Positions 55,575 through 63,118 of a stretch of 63,118 nt of DNA are shown here, in pieces; the first letter of the stretch is position 1, and each line of letters starts with the position of its first letter. The DNA is from an uncultured Clostridium sp. (GTDB lineage Bacteria > Bacillota > Clostridia > Oscillospirales > CAG-272): contig CAZGJC010000004.1 of the NCBI GenBank assembly GCA_964526505.1, positions 1-63,118 of the forward strand, read 5' to 3'. Under the pieces are notes generated by a model. That model was not told where the DNA came from. It made no database searches and worked only from the letters and a program-made list of their open reading frames with translations. Both the position numbers and the translations under genes were made by a program.

Positions 55575-56171
55575 ATGATTTTTAACGTTCAGGAAGACAC
55601 GTTAATTTTTCTTTTGCGTTCATTTACGTCGGGTGTTATTCTTGGAATAGTTTACGACGTCTTTACCGTGGCAATTCGGAATTTACCGTACAAAACGGGC
55701 AAAGCAAGATTTTTTCTTTTACAATTGCCGTTATTTGTTTTTGATTTTGTTTTTTGTATTATTTGTGCCGTTTTTGTATTATTGCTTACGTATTATTCGG
55801 GCAAGGGGATTTTTCGCATTTCTGTTATATGTCTTATGTTTTTGGGATTTTTATGTTTTCGCTGTTCGGTCGGAAAAATATTCCGTCGCATACTTGCAAC
55901 CATATACAAAATTATAATCAAGATTTTGGGTATATTGTTATTTCCCTTTAAATTTATAATTTCCAAATTGTTTTTATTGTTCCGCTTGACAATAGGAAGA
56001 ATTGTTGGTAAAATAATATTGTTGATTAAAGAGTCGGCGGTTAAACGTCACCAAAAAAGTTCATTGGCGGGAGAGAATGTCAATGACAAAAATACGGGAG
56101 AGGAGGATTTCGTGTATGTCGGAAGAAAAAAAGAGAGCGGTTACAGAAAATACGGAAGAATCAGATTTTGA
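55575..56171 (+). CDS. yabQ: Spore cortex biosynthesis protein YabQ-like membrane protein
   Basis: 198 aa with about 4 TM segments. It sits between yabP and divIC. The SD is weak. Confidence 0.6.
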   Translation: MIFNVQEDTLIFLLRSFTSGVILGIVYDVFTVAIRNLPYKTGKARFFLLQLPLFVFDFVFCIICAVFVLLLTYYSGKGIFRISVICLMFLGFLCFRCSVGKIFRRILATIYKIIIKILGILLFPFKFIISKLFLLFRLTIGRIVGKIILLIKESAVKRHQKSSLAGENVNDKNTGEEDFVYVGRKKESGYRKYGRIRF

Positions 56172-56532
56172 TACAACCGACAGGCAAACCGATAAATATG
56201 AAATTCCCGAGGAGCAGTCACCGGTCTACGACGCTATTGACGTGGCAATAAAAAAACCGCTTGCGTCCACAATCGGCAAGGTGCTTCTTGTCTCGTTGAT
56301 TGTTTTTTCAATTATAATATTTATCGCATCTTTTATAAGATACAGAGAGTTGAAGAGCGATATTGATGCATTGAAAAAAGATATTGCCGCAAAAGAGGAC
56401 AGTATTGAGGAGAAAGAATATTTGATTGACGTTCCGCTTGACGACAAGGATTACATAATACGAACGGTAAGAGAAAAATTGGGTTTGTTTTTGCCTGACG
56501 CAATTGTTTATTACAGTGATTTGAATGATTAA
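56116..56532 (+). CDS. divIC: Septum formation initiator DivIC/FtsB family
   Basis: ATG at 56116 follows GAGGAGGA. The layout is an acidic N-terminal tail, one TM segment, a coiled coil (LKSDIDALKKDIAAKEDSIEEKE) and the C-terminal motif IIRTVREKLGLFLPD. Confidence 0.8.
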   Translation: MSEEKKRAVTENTEESDFDTTDRQTDKYEIPEEQSPVYDAIDVAIKKPLASTIGKVLLVSLIVFSIIIFIASFIRYRELKSDIDALKKDIAAKEDSIEEKEYLIDVPLDDKDYIIRTVREKLGLFLPDAIVYYSDLND

Positions 56533-56539
56533 AAATACA

Positions 56540-56578
56540 AACGCACCCCAAAGCATTTGCTTTGGGGTGCGTTCTTTT
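56540..56578. terminator. Bidirectional terminator between convergent divIC and udg
   Basis: A 15-bp stem AACGCACCCCAAAGC / GCTTTGGGGTGCGTT with an ATTT loop, flanked by A and T runs. Confidence 0.85.
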
Positions 56579-56590
56579 AAGTCTTCACAA

Positions 56591-57139
56591 TTAAATTTCC
56601 GAGATTTTGGCTTTGATTTTTTGCATATCACGGAGCATATCTTCTTTTTTTCGAGGGTCACGCAAAAGAGCGGCAGGGTGATAGACCGCAGTCATAAGAT
56701 AGTCGCCTTTTTTGAACCATTCACCGTGTTCGGCTGTGATTTTAAAGTCCGGTTTTATAAGTTTCATAGCCGAAATTCTGCCGAGGCAGACAATTACTTT
56801 CGGATTTATGAGTTTTACTTGTTCACGCAAATAGTCTATACAAGCCTCTTCTTCGTCGGGACGAGGGTCTCTGTTTTGAGGCGGACGGCATTTGAGAATA
56901 TTTGCTATGTATACGTCTTCACGCTTTATATCTATGGCGTAGAGATATTTATCGAGTAACTGTCCCGCACGTCCGACAAACGGAGTTCCCGACAAATCCT
57001 CTTGCTGTCCCGGTGCCTCACCGACAAACATTATATCGGCGTTTTCGTTACCCGTGCCGAAAACACAATTTGTTCTTGTTTTACACAGTTCGCATTTTTC
57101 GCAGTTTTCACAAGCGGTTTTAAGTTCGTTCCAATTCAT
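56591..57139 (-). CDS. udg: Family 4 uracil-DNA glycosylase (Fe-S type)
   Basis: Start is MNWNEL after GCGGAGGA. Motifs are CEKCELC...[23 protein letters not shown] and HPAALLR. Confidence 0.88.
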   Translation of the reverse strand: MNWNELKTACENCEKCELCKTRTNCVFGTGNENADIMFVGEAPGQQEDLSGTPFVGRAGQLLDKYLYAIDIKREDVYIANILKCRPPQNRDPRPDEEEACIDYLREQVKLINPKVIVCLGRISAMKLIKPDFKITAEHGEWFKKGDYLMTAVYHPAALLRDPRKKEDMLRDMQKIKAKISEI

Positions 57140-57217
57140 ATTCAATCCTCCGCAGATATACAATTACAAAGATATTATATCAAAATGCCGGGAATATTGC
57201 AATAGGCAATTGAATTT

Positions 57218-57802
57218 TCAGAACGTTCCCAAAATCGGCACGGCATCTTTACAAACCCATATACAATATTCGCCACAATACATCTGGAACGTATTTGTGT
57301 TTTCGCATTTGCCGTATTCCCCAAGAAAAGTAAATTTATTAAGTTTGTGTCGGAGTGAGTCGTCGCCGTGAAAAAGTGACAGAAAATATTTACCGTTTAC
57401 GTCGGCATATGCGACGGAGTACACATCTGTATTTTGCAAGTGCAGACGACGGCAGGCGGATATTAGGTCAAAAAATGAATTGAAAGAATAAACAAGCGAA
57501 CAGTCGGTTTTCTGTTTTTGCGGGTTTATTTTGTTATTTTGCGTCTCTATCGGACACATATCACTTTTTGTGACGAAAAGTTCGCAACCTCCGTGTGCCG
57601 ACGTGAACAATTGAACGAAAAAACCTCCGCCTTCCGTATCAAATCCCGTCATTGTTTTTGCATCGCTCAAAATGCTTTTTATGACGGTCCTTGTGGAGAG
57701 TTTTGAGTAGTCGAGTTCGTCCCCGTTTATATGATATTTTTCCATATCTTCTTCCGACAGCATTATTTTAAGTTTATCGTCGCCGATTAAAATAAGTTCC
57801 AT
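57218..57802 (-). CDS. mecA: MecA-like adaptor protein
   Basis: 194 aa. The N-terminal region reads [23 protein letters not shown]...[22 protein letters not shown], which resembles the MecA N-domain pattern as I recall it. Confidence 0.55.
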   Translation of the reverse strand: MELILIGDDKLKIMLSEEDMEKYHINGDELDYSKLSTRTVIKSILSDAKTMTGFDTEGGGFFVQLFTSAHGGCELFVTKSDMCPIETQNNKINPQKQKTDCSLVYSFNSFFDLISACRRLHLQNTDVYSVAYADVNGKYFLSLFHGDDSLRHKLNKFTFLGEYGKCENTNTFQMYCGEYCIWVCKDAVPILGTF

Positions 57803-57887
57803 AAAACCTCCCGTAATTATGAGTTTCCTATCTATATTATAATATAGTTTCGGAATAAGCGAAAGCCCTAAAATATTGGTAATTTTG

Positions 57888-57916
57888 TTGACAGAGTTAT
57901 TTGACTTTGATATAAT
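57888..57916 (+). promoter_or_regulatory. Perfect-consensus sigma-A promoter upstream of the helicase gene
   Basis: TTGACA (57888-57893), 17 nt, TATAAT (57911-57916). Confidence 0.6.
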
Positions 57917-57980
57917 ATATTTATAATTCGATTTTCAGAATCGTACGTTTTTATCAGTCTATGAAAGGAGGGGATTTTTT

Positions 57981-60401
57981 GTGAAATACAATGGAGAATA
58001 CGGTCATATTGAAATTGAAGCGGATGAGTTATGTTTTGCTCTTTTCGGAAGAAAGAATCTCGGGGACGGGCAGAAAAGTAAGTTTTCGTCTGCTATGAAA
58101 CTTAAATCCTCTCTGGCTTCACGTTTGGCAAGCACTGTCGGCGGAGAATATTACATGAACGTTTCCGTATCGAACACGTCGAAATATGACGGTATATATT
58201 ATTATACGACAGGCGTTTGCGACGGAGTTCAAAAACGGGGTGGGGAGTATTCGGTATTTGAAACGGTTGTCACCGACAAGCGAGGTGTGCCGTTACTTCG
58301 CAACGAATTTTTTGAGGCAAGGCTGAAAATCTTGTCGTTCTTTATTTGCAGGCAGAAAAACGTCGGCAGTATAGAGGCGTGCCGTGCCGTTTTCAACGGT
58401 GACACGGGTGAGTTGAAAATATACCGTGAAAATTATTCGGCAGAGGAATTGCGTGGATTTTATATTGGCATTATAGCAAAAATTCATTTGCGTGGAAAAT
58501 TTGTTTTCGAGTCGGCAAACACACGCAAACCATCGCTTTCGGGTGCGGTTTTTCCTTACCGTGAATTAAGAGAAAATCAGGCGGATATGATAAGAGAATG
58601 TTACGCCGATATAAAGCACGGGTCAAGGCTGTTTTGTCAGGCACCGACAGGAATAGGAAAAACCATATCGACGCTTTATGCGTCGGTAAAAAGTATGGGT
58701 GCGGGTGTTACGGACAAAATTTTTTATCTTACTTCAAAGGCAAGCATACGCAAAGAGGCATTGGCGGCATCGTCGAAATTAGGGCAGTGCGGTTCAAAAA
58801 TTTATACTTGCGTTATATCATCCAAGGAACAAGTTTGTTTATGCGATGACGCAAGGCGTGGCACAGGAAGAGTTTCGTCATATTGTTCGGGAGAGAGATG
58901 TCCTTATGCACGTGGATATTACGAACGTGTGGACGGAGCGATATTTGAGTTGATATCCGGCGGCTTTGAATTTGATCGTGACGATATAATCCGCATGGCG
59001 AAAAAGCACCGAATATGTCCGCACGAATTGTCGCTTGATTTATCCGAACTTTGCGACGTGATTATATGTGATTACAACTACGTTTTCTCCCCGACGGTCT
59101 ATCTGAAAAGATATTTTGACGACAAGCGAGGGGAAAAGTACGTATTTCTCGTGGACGAGGCACACAATCTTCCCGACCGTGCAAGAGATTTGTTTTCCGC
59201 AAAACTGTCACTGTCGCAGTTTCTGATTGCACGGGAAGTTATCGGCGAAAAATCGAAGTTATATTCGGTTTTGGATGAGGTTATATCCGAACTTGAAAAT
59301 TTGTCGATATTATGCGAGGACAATTTAAAGTACGATTCAAACGGGCGACGGAGCGGTTATTATATAGGACACGTGACGCCAGAGAAATTATCCGAAAAAC
59401 TTGAAATATGTATCAGAGCGTGCGAAAAGTGGTTATGGTACAACGAGGAAAGCCCTGCATATGCTGTAATAGACGGATTGCGTTCGCAAATTAACGAATA
59501 CCGTGTGGCACAAGAACACTTTGGCAGAAATTACCTGACGTTTATAAGCGTTGACGGGGATGAGGCGGAAATACTGCTTTACTGTCTTGACCCGTCGCCC
59601 ATACTTGACTTTTCTCTCGGGCGAGCAAGTGCGTCGGTTATGTTTTCGGCAACGTTAACTCCCACCGAATACTTTGCGGACATTCTCGGCGGAGGCAAGA
59701 AAGGTGTTTCGGTTTCGTTCGGGTCGCCGTTTCCGTCGGAAAATTTATGCGTGGCGTCGGTAAATTCAATCAGTACGAGATATGAGGACAGGGAAAAGTC
59801 ATATGGCAAAATAGCGTCCTGCATAGCCGCAACGATTTCGGCACGAAATGGAAATTATATGGTGTTTTTGCCGTCGTACGATTATGCGGAGCGTGTCGCC
59901 GAAAAGTTTACGAAAAAATATCCGATGGTCAAAACGGCAATTCAAAAGCGTGGTATGACATACCGTGATCGTGAAGATTTTTTGAATTTCTTTTGCGATG
60001 ACGGAAAACTCAGAGTGGGATTTTGCGTTATCGGCGGTTCTTTTTCCGAGGGAATCGATTTGCCGGGTGACAGGTTGATAGGAGCAGTGGTTGTCGGAGT
60101 GGGGTTACCGTCGATATCAAATGAACGAAACATTATGCGAGACTACTTTGACGAAAAGTGCGGATGTGGGTTTGACTATGCGTACACGTATCCCGGTATG
60201 AACAGCGTTTTGCAGGCTGTGGGCAGAGTAATACGCCGTGAGAGCGACAGGGGAATTGCCGTTCTTATTGACGACAGATATTCGGAACCCAAATACAGAG
60301 AGTTATTCCCCGAGCAGTGGGACGTAAAATATGCAGGAAATGCTGTGTCACTTGCAGAAATGGCACGTAATTTTTGGAAAAATCAGAATAATTCCATATA
60401 A
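57981..60401 (+). CDS. XPD/Rad3/DinG-family Fe-S DNA helicase with an extra ~190-aa N-terminal domain
   Basis: GTG start after GAAAGGAGGGG. Motif I is CQAPTGIGKT. A four-Cys cluster (VCLCDD...YCSGERCPY) is present. Motif II is DEAHNL and motif VI is QAVGRVIRRESDRG. Confidence 0.8.
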   Translation: MKYNGEYGHIEIEADELCFALFGRKNLGDGQKSKFSSAMKLKSSLASRLASTVGGEYYMNVSVSNTSKYDGIYYYTTGVCDGVQKRGGEYSVFETVVTDKRGVPLLRNEFFEARLKILSFFICRQKNVGSIEACRAVFNGDTGELKIYRENYSAEELRGFYIGIIAKIHLRGKFVFESANTRKPSLSGAVFPYRELRENQADMIRECYADIKHGSRLFCQAPTGIGKTISTLYASVKSMGAGVTDKIFYLTSKASIRKEALAASSKLGQCGSKIYTCVISSKEQVCLCDDARRGTGRVSSYCSGERCPYARGYYERVDGAIFELISGGFEFDRDDIIRMAKKHRICPHELSLDLSELCDVIICDYNYVFSPTVYLKRYFDDKRGEKYVFLVDEAHNLPDRARDLFSAKLSLSQFLIAREVIGEKSKLYSVLDEVISELENLSILCEDNLKYDSNGRRSGYYIGHVTPEKLSEKLEICIRACEKWLWYNEESPAYAVIDGLRSQINEYRVAQEHFGRNYLTFISVDGDEAEILLYCLDPSPILDFSLGRASASVMFSATLTPTEYFADILGGGKKGVSVSFGSPFPSENLCVASVNSISTRYEDREKSYGKIASCIAATISARNGNYMVFLPSYDYAERVAEKFTKKYPMVKTAIQKRGMTYRDREDFLNFFCDDGKLRVGFCVIGGSFSEGIDLPGDRLIGAVVVGVGLPSISNERNIMRDYFDEKCGCGFDYAYTYPGMNSVLQAVGRVIRRESDRGIAVLIDDRYSEPKYRELFPEQWDVKYAGNAVSLAEMARNFWKNQNNSI

Positions 60402-60489
60402 TTTTGCAAAAAATCAAATTTAATCTTGCTTTTTTTGACTCATTGTGATATAATACCCGAGGTGATTTTTTACAGTTTGGAGATACATT

Positions 60490-61773
60490 ATGAAATACAA
60501 TGAAATGACAGCGGAGCAACTTGTTGCGGAAAAGACGAAACTTGAAGAGGATTATGCAAGAATTTGCAATCTTGGACTCAATTTGGACCTGTCTCGTGGA
60601 AAGCCGGCATCCGATCAACTTGCACTTTCGGAAGGACTTTTGACGTGCATATCGTCCGGTGAGGACTGCATAACCGAGGGCGGATTCGATACAAGAAATT
60701 ACGGACTTTTTGACGGTATTCCCGAGGCTAAGAAGTTATTTTCCGATTTGCTCGGCATTCCGAAAGAATATATATTTGTCGGCGGAAGTTCTTCACTCAA
60801 CTTGATGTACGACACGGTTGCACGTGCGATGCTTTACGGTGTTTACGGAAGCGACAGACCCTGGTGTAGGGAAGAAAAGGTTAAGTTTTTATGTCCCGTT
60901 CCGGGTTATGACAGGCATTTTAAAATTACGGAATCACTTGGTATAGAGATGATAAACGTCGATATGACACCGAGCGGTCCCGATATGGACGTTGTGGAGC
61001 GTCTTGTCGCAGAAGACCCGCAAATCAAGGGTATATGGTGCTGTCCGAAATATTCAAATCCTGACGGAATAACGTATTCGGACGACACGGTTAAACGACT
61101 TGCAGGTATGAAAACTGTGGCAAATGATTTCAGAATTATGTGGGACAATGCATATGCGGTACACGATTTGTACGAACGGGGAGATGAACTTTACGATATA
61201 TTCCGTGCGTGCCGTGAGGCGGGAACGGAGGACAGAGTTATTTATTTTGCGTCAACTTCCAAAATAACGTACTCGGGGGCAGGTGTGGCTATTTTTGCGA
61301 CGAATCCGAACAATATGGCACAGATAAAATCCGTGATGACTGCACAAACGATAAGTTTCGACAAAATAAATCAACTGAGACACGTGAAGTTTTTCGGAAA
61401 TGCGGACGGTATCAGACAGCATATGAAAAAGCACGCATCTCTTTTACTTCCGAAGTTCGAACTTGTGCTTGAAAAACTTGAAAATGAGTTTTCACCGAGA
61501 GGAATTTGCAGATGGACAAAGCCGAGCGGCGGATATTTTATAAGTTTGTTTGTTCCAAAGGGTTGTGCAAAGAGAACTTATGCACTTGCAAAAGATGCAG
61601 GTGTGTCGCTTACTGCCGTGGGAGCGACATATCCTTACGGAAAAGATCCGCACGACAGCAACATCAGAATTGCACCGACGTATGCGACGCTTGAAAATCT
61701 CAATATGGCTATGGACGTACTTGTTTTGTGTGTTAAACTTGCAACCGTCGAAAATATGCTTGCGAAAATTTAA
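60490..61773 (+). CDS. PLP-dependent aminotransferase (class I/II fold), specificity unknown
   Basis: 427 aa with [17 protein letters not shown] and a candidate PLP lysine in [12 protein letters not shown]. Confidence 0.6.
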   Translation: MKYNEMTAEQLVAEKTKLEEDYARICNLGLNLDLSRGKPASDQLALSEGLLTCISSGEDCITEGGFDTRNYGLFDGIPEAKKLFSDLLGIPKEYIFVGGSSSLNLMYDTVARAMLYGVYGSDRPWCREEKVKFLCPVPGYDRHFKITESLGIEMINVDMTPSGPDMDVVERLVAEDPQIKGIWCCPKYSNPDGITYSDDTVKRLAGMKTVANDFRIMWDNAYAVHDLYERGDELYDIFRACREAGTEDRVIYFASTSKITYSGAGVAIFATNPNNMAQIKSVMTAQTISFDKINQLRHVKFFGNADGIRQHMKKHASLLLPKFELVLEKLENEFSPRGICRWTKPSGGYFISLFVPKGCAKRTYALAKDAGVSLTAVGATYPYGKDPHDSNIRIAPTYATLENLNMAMDVLVLCVKLATVENMLAKI

Positions 61774-61807
61774 AGCGTGTTTTGAGAAAATTTATTTCAG
61801 TTTAAAA

Positions 61808-61837
61808 GATGCTCCCGAACGGAAACGGGAGCATTTT
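61808..61837 (+). terminator. Rho-independent terminator after the aminotransferase gene
   Basis: ATGCTCCCG pairs with CGGGAGCAT, followed by TTTT. Confidence 0.7.
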
Positions 61838-61905
61838 CAAACTTTAAAGTTTGAAAATTCGATGTTTTGGTTTATATATTATAATGGAAGAGAAACGGAG
61901 GCTTT

Positions 61906-62874
61906 ATGCAGGGAAGGTTGACGCAGGTTCAGACGAATCCATACAAAAATTCCGACACGAACAAGAGGTATTACACGTATGATTACTGGTTACGCCGAAC
62001 GTTTGGCGGCAAATGTGCGAAAATTCCGATAGACGCAGGATTTACGTGTCCGAATATTGACGGAAAAGTTTCCGTCGGAGGGTGCATATACTGCTCACAG
62101 AGGGGAAGCGGTGACTTTGCCCAAAGTGCGTGTATGCCTATTGAGGAGCAAATAAGAATAGGCAAAGAGAATTTATCACACAAATGGAACGTAGACAAGA
62201 TTATTCCGTATTTTCAGGCACATACGAATACATATGCACCGCTTGAAAAAATCAAAGAAAAAATCGAGCCTGCCATGATGTGTGACGGCGTTGTGGGCTT
62301 GAATATCGCAACACGTGCGGATTGTCTTGCAGACGACGTAATCGAATATTTGGCGGAACTTGCAAACAGAACGGTTCTGACGGTGGAGTTGGGACTTCAA
62401 ACCGTACACGACTGGGTTGCGAGTTTTATAAACAGGGGGCATACATACGAGGATTTTTTGAACGGATATCAAAAACTGCGTATGGCGTCCGACAAAATAA
62501 ACGTTTGCGTGCATTTGATTTTCGGTCTGCCGGGTGAGGGTGTGGACGATATGCTCGAATCCGTCAGAGAAGTTGCCAAGATAAGACCGGACCAGATAAA
62601 GTTTCATCTTTTGCACGTTCTGAAATTTACACGTCTTGCGGAAATTTACGAACGTGGGGAATACATTCCGATGGAGAGAGAGGAATACGTGAAGGTCGTT
62701 GCCGAGGCTTTGACATATTTACCCGACGATACGGTGGTCGGAAGACTTACGGGGGACGGAATGCAGAGCGAATTGATAGCACCTGAATGGAGCAGACGCA
62801 AAACGACCGTTATAAACGACATAGACAAGTATATGTTCGAACATAACTTATGGCAAGGAAAGCGTTATATTTAA
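61906..62874 (+). CDS. TIGR01212-family (YtqA/Elp3-like) radical SAM protein
   Basis: 322 aa with KRYYTYDYWLRRTFGGKCAKIPIDAGFTCPN and GGCIYCS. Confidence 0.8.
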   Translation: MQGRLTQVQTNPYKNSDTNKRYYTYDYWLRRTFGGKCAKIPIDAGFTCPNIDGKVSVGGCIYCSQRGSGDFAQSACMPIEEQIRIGKENLSHKWNVDKIIPYFQAHTNTYAPLEKIKEKIEPAMMCDGVVGLNIATRADCLADDVIEYLAELANRTVLTVELGLQTVHDWVASFINRGHTYEDFLNGYQKLRMASDKINVCVHLIFGLPGEGVDDMLESVREVAKIRPDQIKFHLLHVLKFTRLAEIYERGEYIPMEREEYVKVVAEALTYLPDDTVVGRLTGDGMQSELIAPEWSRRKTTVINDIDKYMFEHNLWQGKRYI

Positions 62875-63071
62875 AGGTTTTCAATTCGGACTGTGAAAAA
62901 AATGTGAAGACGTTTTTCGACCGAAAATCAAAAATGTGACTATCAACAATTTTTTATTTGTAAAATTGTACTTTTTGCGGATTTACTTTTTTTGTGCATT
63001 ATGATATAATTTTCACGTAAGTATGATGAATACTATGTAAGAAAATTTTTATTTTAAAAGGAGAAAACAAA

Positions 63072-63118
63072 ATGAAAAAAATCGTTTCCGCAATTCTTGC
63101 GGTACTTATGATTGTTTC
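63072..63118 (+). CDS. Start of a secreted or membrane protein (first 15 codons only)
   Basis: AAAAGGAGAA lies 7 nt upstream of the ATG. The product begins MKKIVSAILAVLMIV, which looks like a signal peptide. Confidence 0.4.
   Translation, partial: MKKIVSAILAVLMIV

Noticed and set aside
1-63118. CRISPR arrays, transposases or IS elements, prophage genes, toxin-antitoxin pairs and restriction-modification or other defence genes
   Set aside because: I scanned the ORF translations and intergenic regions by eye. There are no short-repeat/spacer arrays, no DDE, serine or tyrosine recombinase motifs, and no small adjacent antitoxin/toxin ORF pairs. Every large ORF is accounted for by housekeeping or sporulation families.

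Overview
This window looks like ordinary core chromosome from a low-GC, spore-forming Firmicute of the Clostridia type. About 60 intact CDS are packed tightly, almost all on the + strand. They form blocks that are syntenic with Bacillus and Clostridium. The blocks are SRP RNA-dnaX-ybaB-recR; yqfC-yqfD-phoH-ybeY-era-recO; yajC / rimM-trmD; ptsH-uvrC-rsmD-coaD-(membrane)-uvrB-uvrA; pgi; pncB; cdaA-cdaR; recJ-rel-dtd-hemZ-like; and MOP flippase-mazG-hup-S4(yabO)-yabP-yabQ-divIC. RNA features are one long-form SRP RNA, one tRNA-Thr(GGU) and an M-box-like leader on mgtE. Many near-consensus sigma-A promoters and rho-independent terminators can be read directly. I found no CRISPR array, transposase, integrase, prophage, toxin-antitoxin pair or recognisable defence island. 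I could not identify a convincing new multi-gene system. The best second-look candidates are modest: (1) a RelA/SpoT-type HD hydrolase fused to a His-rich domain of unknown function; (2) an orphan 135-aa minimal P-loop protein with a consensus promoter and a long leader; (3) an O-antigen-ligase-like protein followed by two tandem single-pass paralogs after trmD; (4) an XPD/DinG-type Fe-S helicase with an uncharacterised N-terminal module; (5) two terminator-like hairpins that contain the downstream gene's Shine-Dalgarno; (6) several perfect palindromes in control regions. All family assignments come from reading motifs by eye. No database search was run.
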